From: Pavona decussata
Lineage: Eukaryota
NCBI GenBank assembly: GCA_977016875.1
Contig: CDRNST010000233.1
Span: 496,001-560,000 of the forward strand
Reading direction: 5' to 3'
Length of the DNA stretch: 64,000 bases
The notes under the pieces are model-generated. The model made no database searches. It worked only from the letters and a program-made list of their open reading frames with translations, and was not told the DNA's origin. The translations under genes and the position numbers were made by a program. Within the stretch, counting starts at the first letter, position 1, and every line of letters begins with the position of its first letter. Shown piece by piece: positions 47,722 to 59,460 of the stretch.

Positions 47722-50700
47722 TTCGCACTGATGACGGATAAATGCTCGAAACATTAGCACTCGGATCTCTTCACGGTGGCCAATTTACCTTTAGTTATCA
47801 GTACTTTGAGGTGTTATGCAGCAGACGGAGCTGAGCGCGTGCGATGTTAGCACCAACTCGTCCAAGTTCACCGGCGGCCCCGGCTTGGGTTTCCTGAAAC
47901 AGCTCTTTTTGCTTACTTCGAATGCGCTCTTCTCTTACAGCATTAGACCTACATTTAAGTCATCAACAATTGCTAGAAGTCTACATTAATTTCAAGTTGT
48001 ACTTAAAGTTACCTCAATCGTGTCTACCGCCCTAAACACGTCTTTTTTTCCCTTTATCTTTTGTTTGTTTGTTTTGTCTTGTTTTATTTACATGCAGATA
48101 TTTGGAGTGGGTTCAGTGGCTCAGATGGTTCTCAGTAGCTCGAAGTTTGGAAATTTCTTTTCTGTCAACTTCGGTTGGGGAATTGGGGTCACACTAGGCT
48201 GTTACTGGGCCGGCGGAATTTCAGGTAATTAAGCGCGTATACAAATGCTACAAGTAACAGTAGACCCTGAACTCAACCCGCCTGCGAAAACGAGAGCAAA
48301 CAAGTCAACGTTTCACCAACTTTCTCTATCGCTGTGCTCATGAAAGTTAACCTTTTCACATTCAACATGTCATTTAATCTGTGAATGGACACACTTAAAG
48401 AGTTTATCCCGACAGACTGAAAATGTTACAACAATCTTGCATCGCGTAACAATGTTCAATAGCTTTCATTTTAAGTGTCACCCTTCAGGATTTTATGGAC
48501 TCGAAATGTTATAGAAGCACTTTGTACAGTTTAATAAAAAGTAGAATGGGAAATTACTACTCAGTATCTTTAAGTAATTTCGCTGGAATGATCACACTTT
48601 TAACAGGAATAAATTTTATCCACAGATTCAAAATGAAAGAAGCAGCTTGTACAGAATAATAAAACACTAGAACAGGAGGGAACTACTCAACAGCTTTTGG
48701 TCTAATAAATATCAGAACCTCTAAATATCAGACCCACTTGTACAGAATAATAAACTGTAGATCTGCTTTCAGTTGATTAACTTTCATACTTTAGGAGTCA
48801 GAAGTTAAAATCACTCACCTTTTCCAGGATAATATAGCACCACAGGGGAGTACGTTCAGTAGCTTTTTCATTTGAATGCCCTCACCATCGTCTTCACCTT
48901 GAAACTTAAAACTACCGCAGGAACGTACAAAAAGGAGGAAACACATTCTACGACTGCCATTGAAGAAGGTAGCATAAAAAATTCACCTATGTACAAACTA
49001 CACAGTGTATGATGTTTTGCAGGCGCACACATGAATCCCGCAGTGACCCTGGCTTTTGCTGTTGTGAGAAGACTTCCCTTGAAAAAAGTTCCCGTCTATT
49101 GGTTGGCACAAATGCTGGGCGCGTTTGTGGCTTCGGCTTGTGTTTATGGAGTGTACTACGGTGAGTAGACAATCAATAATAAGGTCCAACTTTTCTTGAT
49201 ACATAGTGTGCTCATATCGAATTTTACATATTCTATAATCTGTTTACAATCCCCTTTGTGTTGTTGTGTGTGTTGGCCATGTTTGATTGCTGAATTCGTT
49301 GACTTACATCTGTCTTTTCATAAGATTGCAAAGGAGAGTACAACTGTTAAAGGGGGTGGGGGATGAAGTGACCAATGGGAGTCTAATGTGGAGTGATACC
49401 TGCACACACTTAAAGAAGGCGGCTCACAGAACTCAGCGAGTGGACTACAACTTTAACATATCTTTCATTTCAAAGAGCACCGCGAGAGCAAAACGTTTCT
49501 CCACTATTCCAACGCTCTGAACACCCTCAAAATATTTACCAAATGACACTTAGCATAATGCATCTTTGACCCACATAAAATATGTTATATCAAAATTTAA
49601 AACACAGGAGTAAGTGAGAAAAAGTAAACTATAAATGCACGCAGAAGACGAACGGAGTTTTATTTTTGTTTGTCTCAGATGCCTTGAACGCTTTTGACGG
49701 AGGTGTCCGACAGATACTGGGTCCGAATGGTACGGCAGGAATCTGGGCAACATATCCACAGTCCTATTTATCAACATGGAACGGACTCGGTGACCAAGTA
49801 AGTCACCCTTTTAGCATTATGATTTTGCTAGCCTCTTAAAACCATGCCTACCGTAATTTATAAAATTTCCACTGCACGTTGGTACTGTCAACCAGGTCCA
49901 CTTGTTCAATAAACGGATAACTTGATCCAGTGGACAAATCGCTATCCAGTCGATAAAATCTATTGGTTGGAGTACATTTTATCCGCTGCGTGGCAGTCTT
50001 TTTTGCTAATCGTTTCATTCTCACAGTACGCGTGTCTGTTCTCAAACTTAGAGCAATGCAGTTGGTGTCTTGGCCAGGAATCCCTTCAGCCACAGGCACC
50101 CACGAGACCACGACGCAGTCACTGAATTGTCCTGCAAACGGCTGGAAATTGAGCCTAGGTTTTAGCAATTAAACTGTTATTCGAGTTAAATAATTTATTA
50201 TTCATGCATTAATAAATCATTTATTTTTCCTAGGTGCTTGGCACCGCGCTGCTGGTCGGTTGTATCTTCGCTATCGTCGATCAAAACAACAATGCCCCCG
50301 ACAAGGGCGTGGCACCAGTCATGATTGGTCTGGTGGTGTTTGTTATCGGCGCCACTTTTGGGTTCAACTGTGGTTATGCCATCAATCCCGCTAGGGATCT
50401 GGGACCAAGATTGTTTACTGCAATGGCTGGATGGGGCACTGGGGTGTTTACGTGAGTATCGAATATCTCTTAAAAGATGGAGCTATTGCTACAGCCCATA
50501 GTTGGAGGCAAATCCTTGATTATTATCAATATCAATTTGCTGGTTGGAAGATTATATCCTATCTGGAATTCACATTACGGAGTTGCTCCAGAATGTAATT
50601 CGTACAAGATGTTCTGAGATTTCGGGCATCCCGTTTTCGCTCTGACGAAGGGTTAACGCCCGAAAAGTCTACTCAGCACCCGAATATCTTTACGGTGGCC

Positions 50701-51255
50701 AAATTATCGAATCAGCTCAGTAAAACCAAATATTTATTAATTTCCTTATGATCTTAGGTTGATTTGCCACATACAATCCACTTGTAACATAGTTAAAGGC
50801 GTTGTAAACTGTCCTCAGCCAGCTCTTAGGATAATTACGTACGTCATTATGTTGAGAAATAAAAAAATGAAACAACTTTTTAACATCCTGTTATCCCCAA
50901 ACGTTTCCTGCTGAAGAGTGCAACCTATGATGCATGAATCAGTGCAATTTCTAATACTCTACATGTTCCTCTCAGAGCAAAGGAACAGTTACTGACAATA
51001 GCACACTTTAAATTTCACAGGGCAGCCAACAACTGGTCGTGGGTGCCTGTGGTTGGCTGTTTTCTTGGCGGAATCCTGGGCGCCCTGATCTACATTTGTC
51101 TCATTGAGATGCACCACGACTCAGAAAACGACGGGGAGACTGGGTACGAACTCGAGTGTGTTGTTACGACCATGCCTGAATGCAAGACTCAGGGAAACGA
51201 AGTAGGAAAGGGAAACATGGCTTTTAAAGACGGAGCCATAGACAACAACAACTAA
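46880..51255 (+). CDS. Aquaglyceroporin (AQP3/7/9/10-like MIP channel), 303 aa (AQP-A)
   Basis: Exons 46880-46954, 48098-48224, 49023-49160, 49679-49797, 50234-50451, 51021-51255, all GT-AG and in frame (912 nt). AEF in TM1, [25 protein letters not shown] (the D after R marks glyceroporins), loop [14 protein letters not shown]. Confidence 0.95.
47575..47799. mobile_element. Penelope-derived palindromic repeat with two opposed, decayed hammerhead cores
   Basis: Arms 47645-47720 and 47728-47799. Plus strand CTGATGA-cggataaatgctc-GAAAC, minus strand CTGACGA-agggctaacgctc-AAAAC-GTC. The adjacent gaaactgcggtgctgcgtc is the reverse complement of the PLE terminus at ~24909. Confidence 0.75.
48370..48915. 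repeat. Degenerate ~110-125 bp tandem (satellite-like) repeat in AQP-A intron 2
   Basis: Recurring ttgtacag..taataaa, actactca..a.cttt, gaatg..cacact and tttatcc.acaga motifs. Confidence 0.6.
50636..50735 (+). repeat. Penelope-associated repeat with degenerate hammerhead core
   Basis: gct-CTGACGA-a-GGG-ttaacg-CCC-GAAA-a-GTC, same family as the 47.7 kb copy (tacggtggccaa tail). Stem III and stem I are damaged. Confidence 0.6.
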
Positions 51256-51312
51256 AAGCCACGTAGTATTAACAACTAATGAAGCCTTGTAGCGGAAGTT
51301 TCAAACATAAAG

Positions 51313-51601
51313 GCAAATTAGAATCAAGGGAAATCTACATTGCTGTGCAATGATCCTCTCTAGGTCAATACATTTGTCTTTCTTTTTTAGTCACGGCTTT
51401 AAAGCATTGTATGTTACAAAATCATTTAATGGAACATTTACTTAAGATCATAGCTAAAGCAAATTAGAATCAAGAGAAAACTACATTGCTATGCAATGAT
51501 CCTCTCTAGATCAACATTTGTCTTTCTTTTTTAGTCACGGCTTTAAAGCATTGTATGTTACAAAATCATTTAATGGAATATTTACTTAAGATCATAGCTA
51601 A
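51313..51601 (+). repeat. Recent tandem duplication, 2 x ~145 bp, in the AQP-A 3'UTR
   Basis: gcaaattagaatcaag...gcaatgatcctctctag...gtcacggctttaaagcattgtatgttacaaaatcatttaatggaa.atttacttaagatcatagcta occurs twice with few differences. Confidence 0.92.
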
Positions 51602-53354
51602 TGCTGCTATAATACTAACAGCTGAATTATTATAATTATTAAGGCAGAGGATAGTTTAGATTTTCGAGTAAATTAAATCGTTGACTCAACTATGTATAGA
51701 AGGCTTGAAAGGGGTTGTTGCTGCGCGCTCGCGTAACCTACTGGCGACATACCAAGGGTGCATGCGTCAGCTAAACTAGTCCATATTTCTTTCAATTGTC
51801 ACTCGTGCAGCATACTAGAAGTGAAAAATCTATCGGTACTAAGTCCTTGAGTCACCCTTTCCCGCCAAAAGATGTGACGAATAGCAATTTAATTGTTAGT
51901 GCTCTCCTTTGATTGGGTTTTCAGTGAACTGTGGGCGTTTCAAATGTCCCCTGAGACCCGTTTAAAAATGAATCTATTCGGGAAAGGGTTTGACTTTAGG
52001 CTTATGAGCTTATGAGGAATGGAGCCTTCGTGTCATGGGCTCCTTTTTCTCATACTTCCAGAGAAGTTAAATAACGTGGCAAGCTTTCTAAAAAAAAGCA
52101 GCAAAAACGGTAGCTCAACGACCTCATTATTCAGAAATAATTTAGTACTTCTTTATGTGGAGCTAACGTATTACCATAGTAACCAACATGATGTCGCAAT
52201 TGACCGATTAAGGCTGTCCACGTGACTAAAAATACTTTTCTCACATACACTATAACGACGAGAACTCCCTTGGAACCTCCTTATGAAGTTTGGCAGGAGT
52301 ACGCTTTTCGCTACACATTACATATTTCATTACAACGCAGTGCAAACTAAGGATAAAACTTAATGCTACAAATACCTTATTACTGACCATTTTTAACTGA
52401 ACTACGGAGAACAAAAGTACTGCGGTGAAGTCTCCTTTGTGCATTTTTATTCCCTTTCAACACAGTATCCTACCTAAACTTTCTTGACAAAATCTGGTAA
52501 TGAGTAAATGGTCTTATTTACTTAATATTTGTAGATGAATAGCCTCAGAATAATGATTAAAATACACTTGTATTTCATGTTTAAAGTGTCGGATTGTTTG
52601 AGATTCCGAATTCATAAGACTTCCTGTTTCGTTAAGAAACTAATTTAAGTTAACTATAAATTTTAATTATAATATTTAACTTAATTTAAGTCTGATGAGA
52701 TTTAACTGATACGGAACGAAAACCATTGGCCAAAATTTTTACCGTCGGCTGAGAAATGCTGCGTTTTTTAACCGATATCTGAGAACAGGACCACATAACG
52801 GATATTAAGTGGTCCGCTGAGAAACCAGAAAAGGGGATACGACATATTAATGAACTACACATGGGGGCTGACCGCAAGATAGGGTTGGTATGCGAAAGGT
52901 CAACTAAACTCGAAATTTTAGTGCTGTAGAGGGACACAAAAGTAGATTAGAAGCAATTATTAAATCCAAATACTAATACTTCCTGTATCGTTAAACCAAT
53001 TAACAAATGTTCTCACGGCTACATATCAACGAATGACCTGCATAATCAATCGAGTCTGGTTTTCCTGGGTTTAAACATTCGTTATCACGAATGGTCATTG
53101 CAGTAATGCTGAGAAATAATCAGAGACTTAGTTTGGTATGAATTAGCTTTAATTAGAATGAAGGAAACCCACTTACAATTATTATTCATTTATTTTTTTT
53201 TAACTGTACCGCGTGGCATTTGAACAGCTCGTTTGTCCCCACTGCGGGGCGTTTTCCAGTTTTTTTTTCCCCGGGGAGGGGATGAGCACTGCTGAAATGA
53301 ATGATGTGTTATCACTTTTAATCCCAACCTAACTACTGACGTTCCACAATTGAC

Positions 53355-53401
53355 TTGACTCTGAAGATGACTTCAGCCCAGGTTGACGAAACGTCAGTCA
53401 A
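53355..53401 (+). ncRNA. Minimal type I hammerhead ribozyme motif in a Penelope-associated repeat
   Basis: ttgact-CTGAAGA-tgacttcagcccaggttgac-GAA-ACGT-C-agtcaa. Perfect 6-bp stem I, palindromic stem III, GUC site, weak stem II. Confidence 0.7.
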
Positions 53402-53508
53402 CATCACCTCAAAGAGTCCTTCCTAGGATAATCACCATTCGTCTACATACAACGCAAAGACTACGTCTCCAATATTAACGTTGGGGATATTGTTGTCTTG
53501 AATGATCT

Positions 53509-53870
53509 TTAAGGACGGTGCCCCTTGAAAAGAAGTATTTTTGCGTCGATTATGTCTGTACGGGAAAAGCAGATCTTAGCAAGGGCTATTGAAATCCAAA
53601 CACAAAACTGGGGAAAACCATGCATTTTTCACGATCATTAATTAAGTAACAATAATCCCAAAAATATATGGCATTTTTTTCCCAAATGGAAGCTTAATTA
53701 TCTCTGAAAACTGCGCGGCTGCCTCAATTTACTTTTAGGATTTCAATAGCTCACGCTAAGATCTCCTTTTCCCACATAGTCATAAACTATGCAAATATGC
53801 CTTCTTTAAGAAACGCGTGTTTGGACCATCCCAAGACGTGCTGAACGTATGCGCAGTAGCGCAGTAGGTA
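53509..53870 (+). mobile_element. Non-autonomous DNA transposon (TTAA-aggacggtgcc family)
   Basis: Starts ttaaggacggtgcc, has internal inverted segments (gcagatcttagcaagggctattgaaatcc / ggatttcaatagctcacgctaagatct) and is homologous to the split copy at 39363-42705. Confidence 0.7.
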
Positions 53871-54232
53871 TAAGAGAGGGCTACAATTTTTGCTTTTGTG
53901 TAGGTGTACTATTTCGTTAAACTGAAAGTTTGTATTTTAAAGCTGGTAAGGGGTTCAAACCCCCGATCGGGGCCCCCCATGTATGAAAATTTACCGAGTA
54001 CTTCCTCCCCCTCCCCGGGGGGGGGGGGGAAGAGAATCCACCGTACAGAAAAAGATGGTGGCTGTAAATTTTACCACAATACCTTTTGAACCTAACACAG
54101 GCACCCCCCACCCCCTCCACATTTAAAGCTCATCTTCTCCATCTGGCAAGTTTTCATTTGTAGTTAAACGAAGAAAGATCACTGAGCTATCAGGTAAAAC
54201 GCCAACTGTTTATTACAAACAATCTGTTTAAT

Positions 54233-54269
54233 TAATGCATTACTCCAATGGCATTGGAGTAATGCATTA
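54233..54269. repeat. Perfect inverted repeat, 18-bp arms, 1-nt spacer
   Basis: taatgcattactccaatg-g-cattggagtaatgcatta. Confidence 0.92.
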
Positions 54270-54786
54270 GTTAAATAGTTGAAACTTAGAATAGGTTACA
54301 TGGGTGTTTAAAGTTTTTCGAATATGTACAGTTTTAAAGTCGATTTTATTATTTATGGATAGAATATTGTTTTTGTTAGACGTACATCAGGACAATAAAA
54401 ATAAGACCAGACGAAAATAAATTGAATCATCATAAAGAAACAACCCTGGACAGCTCTTGCAAAACTAAACAATGAAAGTCTGCTTGTGGATTTCTTCCAA
54501 CAATAGACAGTGGCCGTCACAACCACAGCATCTGCGCTGGGAAAATATAAAGTGTTATTTTCTGTTGCACGGCGCTTGTGTAACCATTCAGCTTGACGTA
54601 AAGTAGTTTATTCGCAAGTAAAATTAGTAATATTTCGGTTTAAGTTGGTGTATGAAAGCCTAATGACTTGAGCCTCCGGAACCCCCCTTCCCCTCCACCC
54701 AGTAAAATACAAGGATATAAGTTCGATTATAATTTTACAGTAAGTACATAGGCCTTGTACTTTATCCTTTCCCTATCCTCAGTATC

Positions 54787-57700
54787 TCACTCGCTTGTGA
54801 TCATATTCTCAAGTTCTCTTTCGGTTTCCTTGTGCTGATCTGTGTCGTGGTGCATTTCAATAAGCCCAACGTAGATCAGGGCCCCCAGGACACCGCCCAA
54901 AAAGCAGCCAATCACAGGAACCCACGACCAATTGTTGCCGGCCCTGTAAAAATAATATCGCTGTTAAGTTTAATGATAGGGGTCCATTTAGTTACCTCGT
55001 TGCTAAGTTACACGGTTGCTCCATACAATTTGACATCTGATTAATTTCCACGACCAACGATTTCGCGTGCTTTTTCTCCAGGAAAAGTTTGAAGTTTTGC
55101 GTGCACGTTTGGTAATCTACTCACACCTTTTTAGTAAATATTCTTAGTTTATTCTTATTTATAGCCAAAACATATTGAAATTTCAAGCTGAAGGAAGAAA
55201 GAGGAATACAAAAAAGACAAAAGCAGCTGGCATGTATGGAAGCAGCGATAAGAATTTTGTGAAATATCCATCCTCAATTTAAAAACGTCGGTGTTTTCCC
55301 AGCCAATTCGAGGTGAAAATATAAAATATTCTAGACTGACGATGGGTAAGTAATATTATTGCAAGGTGCTTGATATCAAGCCCCTTCGTAGCTATTTCTT
55401 GTATTTGTGTAGCTAGCTAGTTTCTAAGGATTACGATAACCTAATCACGCCGAATGGACACTAGTAAGAATTTCAGAACGAATGAATAAATTGTAAAACG
55501 GAACTTAATTTTTCTCAATTTTGGCGTCAATACTCACGTAAAAACCTCTCCACCCCACCCGGCCATCGCAGTAAACAGTCTAGGTCCCAGATCCCTAGCA
55601 GGATTGATAGCATAACCACAATTGAACCCAAAAGTGGCGCCGATAACAAACACCACCAGACCAACCATGACCGGTGCCGAGCCTTTGCCAGGAGAATTGT
55701 TCTTTTCATCAATGATAGCGAACACGGATCCAACCAGCAACGCAGTGCCAACCAGCTATAAAAAGGCAAAACATTTCGGTCATTATATTGCATAATCATT
55801 TTTATTTCAAATCACAGTTATTGAAGAAAAGTTTACATGTTAAAGTTCGCGTGCCTTGGGTATTTTTTTGAGTAGCTAGACCCCCCAAAATTACCCAGTG
55901 GCTTCCAAGCATGCACGAGATTTTCCAGACATACCTGTGTTCAACAATTCATAATTTATAAGATATTCACAAACTGAAATTGATGGGTGTTTGATGGGTG
56001 GAAATAATGTGCATGTGTAGAAGTGAACACAACGAGTATTCGTTTTAATCAGGAGTAGTAGAGCGAAAGATGACTCACGCGTTTCCATGCATAAGGCAAG
56101 CAATTCTCGCCCATCTTTCAATTATCCGAGGAAAAAACATTACTTCGTGCTCTAGTGCTAATGTAAGACCGAGTTACAAGAGCGCAAGAAGTCAGTAATC
56201 ATTTTACGTAATTTCAGTTTATCCGGTTAACTAGTGTGAATATCTCTGGGTATGATTACCTTACCTGGTCTGCAAAACCATTCCCGATTGACAAGTAGGG
56301 CTGAGGGTAAGTTGCCCAGATTCCCGCCGTGCCTTTCGGACCCAGAATCTGACGAACGCCGCCATCAAATGCATTCAAGGCATCTGTTGGGTTGAAAAAA
56401 AGTAAGAAACGGAAACATCTCTGGTTCCTTCGGCCGAAATACAGTGTCAAAGTGTATTCCTCTGCTCTGGCCTGTTATGGTTTTTGTCTTACGGTGTCCT
56501 TTGCTCTTTTCTTTGGTCGTAGAAACTATATTACTGAATACGAAGAGGAGCTCCTGATATGACTAAGACGTAAGTATATAAAAGACAAACGAAGTCACAC
56601 CATAGTTAATAAAAGGCAATGGTTATGAAGCTTGACAAACTCCTTTGTTATATGTTTTGTTAGCGTTTTTGGCCTCGACCGTGCACAAACTACAATAGAT
56701 TTTGAAATGTGTTGGAGCAACTGACCAATAGAAACGTTCCTGCTAAGATATTCAGCTGTGGTGTGAACGTAAAAACAAAGGATTGTGCACGGTCGCAGCC
56801 CTTCCAACATAAACTGCAGCACTATTGTTTTCATTGCAAAGTTTCATAACCAGTCCCTCAATTAACTATGGTCACACTAACCAATCAGAATAGACAGAAA
56901 CGAGACAATCAACAATTGACTTCCAAAGCAATTCACAGACTGGTTCCAGTGTACTCACATTTGTGACCTTATTTCCTATTGGGACACTGATAAATACCAC
57001 CTTCCGTCTAATAGTGACTTACTGATCTCAACTATGCAACATGTAAATCCCTTGCTACGCTAGGTGACAGATCCTTACTTACCATAGTACACTCCATAAA
57101 CACAAGCCGAAGCCACAAACGCGCCCAGCATTTGTGCCAACCAATATACGGGAACTTTTCTCCAGGGAAGTCTTCTCACAACAGCAAAAGCCAGGGTCAC
57201 CGCGGGATTCATGTGTGCGCCTGCAAAACATCATAGTTTGCACATGCTGGGTGAATTTTCTATGCTACCTCCTTTAATGACAGTCATAGAGTATCTTAAT
57301 GTTGGTATTATAATGTGAAATGAAATGCAATATTAATTTAAAAAATAAAACAAATTTCTCGCTCTCGAAAAACTGTTCGCAACTTGAAAACGGATAATGC
57401 CCACTGAAAAATCTTGTGGATATTTTTATACCAAATGAGGTCACAGATTGTTTATGTACCCATATCTCCGTTTCGACCAAATCTGAAGCTCTTAAGTATT
57501 TGCGCGCCTACCTGAGACTCCACCCGCCCAGTAACAGCCCAGTGTGACACCAATTCCCCAGCCAAAATTGACCGAAAAGAAGTTCCCAAACTTCCAGTTA
57601 CTGAGGACCATCTGAGCCACTGATCCCAAACCAAACATCTGCAACATAAAAATGCCATTGTGTAAAATGATATTGGTGGCAACAGATCAGAGAAGCAGTA

Positions 57701-58536
57701 CAGTGGCAGAAAAGCTTTAAGTTTAAAAAGCTTCAGCCACTCAGATTAGCTAAAAGGTACATGTTCAGTTAACAGAGCATAACACATAGAAAAGATCCAA
57801 TTTAATGATTTCGAGGTGCATTCTTCGAAACTGAACTTAAAATTCTTTGTGGAAGAAAGCTTTTTTTCTGATGAGTCATCCTATGCAGACATACTTTGTG
57901 GAGGCTCGGAGAGATACTTAGAAGCAGTCAAGAAATACCTCAAGTTCTATTTTAGTTGGTTTTTGTGACGCGCATGCCGCTTGGATTTACAAAGGACTGA
58001 CAGCAGCATTCGACCTTTTAGCGATGGGCCCCATCTTTAAATTACGGCCTTGATACAATCTGATTGCCGGTCACAGTTATTGTTTAATAATATGACGGCT
58101 AGAAGGAGAGTGGCTAGGGGGAGGGGTAAGACCTTTCACCCCTTTTGTTTCTGGTGTCAAACCATTCACTTGTATGATGTGGCTAATTCTTGACTCTGTG
58201 GATAAAATCCCGACTTGTGATCATATAAACAAAAGCCGTTGAGCACTCTCCATTGGTAGCTCTGAATTTTCATTATTTTACAAAACAAAATTCAGTGGAA
58301 CTATATGTGAATCTCGAGCTTAGTCACTCATGTGAGTCGAGGAGTCGTTAATGGAGGGAGGAAGATTAAAAGAGGAAATACTGACATGTCACCAAATCCT
58401 ATTCATAACGAAAATTGACCCGATTTAAACAGGGCTAAGAAAAGGAAAGCTAAGTGCTCACCAGCAGAATGAAGGTGGAACAAAATTCGGCGACGGCTTC
58501 TCTCATCAAGGGAGACAGACGAAAACGTCTAGCCAT
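54787..58536 (-). CDS. Aquaglyceroporin (AQP3/7/9/10-like), 277 aa (AQP-B), convergent paralog of AQP-A
   Basis: Exons 58536-58462, 57638-57512, 57220-57083, 56383-56265, 55755-55538, 54943-54787 (834 nt). The first five exon lengths are identical to AQP-A (75, 127, 138, 119, 218). Both NPA motifs and NPARD are present. Confidence 0.95.
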
Positions 58537-58954
58537 GGAGAAAAATTCTTTGCACTGCAAGTTGGAGATAGAAAACAAAAAGGATTTATAAATTACAGGA
58601 GTGTTTAGAATGAGATAGATGCAGCCATAAACTATTAAAACAACATACACATATAATCAAAACGGTGTTTGTGTTGAAAACAAGTTTAAGTTACTCGGTT
58701 CCGTTCTGTGCTGAGTTCGTATGTATCAAATGAAACCCTTCAAAATGGAGGTAGCGGTATGATGAACATTAGATGGAAGAAATCTCTTTTAAACGGACAT
58801 TATGATTGGGTATTCAGTTTTTTATCTGTTTTAATATATGACAAAAATGTATGCCTAATAAACTTGACTTTAAGAGGTAAAAATGTCCTACAAGTCGATG
58901 CGAGCGCAGGTCACAGTTGATTATTCTGACAGAAATTCATTCCGCACGACTGAC

Positions 58955-59460
58955 AAAGGTAATGGTGATGTATTTATATACCGCACATATCACATAGTCT
59001 CATGGCGGTTTACAATTCTTCTGTGGGGTGAGATCGGACGCCAACATGTAAAGGCGCCACTGTCAGTCGCTATCAGTCCATATTTTGATCTTATCCCACC
59101 CACCCAACCCACGCATGAATGTGAAAGACAGATGAAATAAGAGATAGAAGTAGACAACCACACCGGGGACCACGCTAGCTACGACAGCATCATATCGAAG
59201 TGAGTCCTCGAGCTTAACGCGAGTCTGTAGCATGAAGCAACTCTTAGCAGGAATATTACCACACACCCCTTTCCCCGCCCCCGAAAAGGATATTAATCCA
59301 ACGCAGGGTATATCCATTCACCAGGGTGAAGAGAGACTATGTGGAATAGAGTTTCTTGTCCAGAGAAACAAGTCAGACCAACCCAGCCTCGTACGCCCCA
59401 ATCTTGACTTAAAGCGTTAATTTGCAATAATAAAGCATTACTCTGTAACCCTTGGACTAC
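58955..59460 (-). mobile_element. SINE-like repeat fragments upstream of AQP-B
   Basis: gtagcatgaagcaact...ccagggtgaagagagac...gtttcttgtc.a.agaaacaa matches the SINE at 31880-32125. The 58955-59180 part looks like a different retroposon tail and is less certain. Confidence 0.5.

Noticed and set aside
53960-54120. C/G homopolymer tracts as a regulatory G-quadruplex
   Set aside because: Such tracts are typical of small repeats in this kind of genome, and there is no independent support.
46880-58536. Aquaporin pair (also the ST and GPCR pairs) as haplotype duplication artefacts
   Set aside because: Introns do not align and synonymous divergence is high in most exons, so these are true paralogs.
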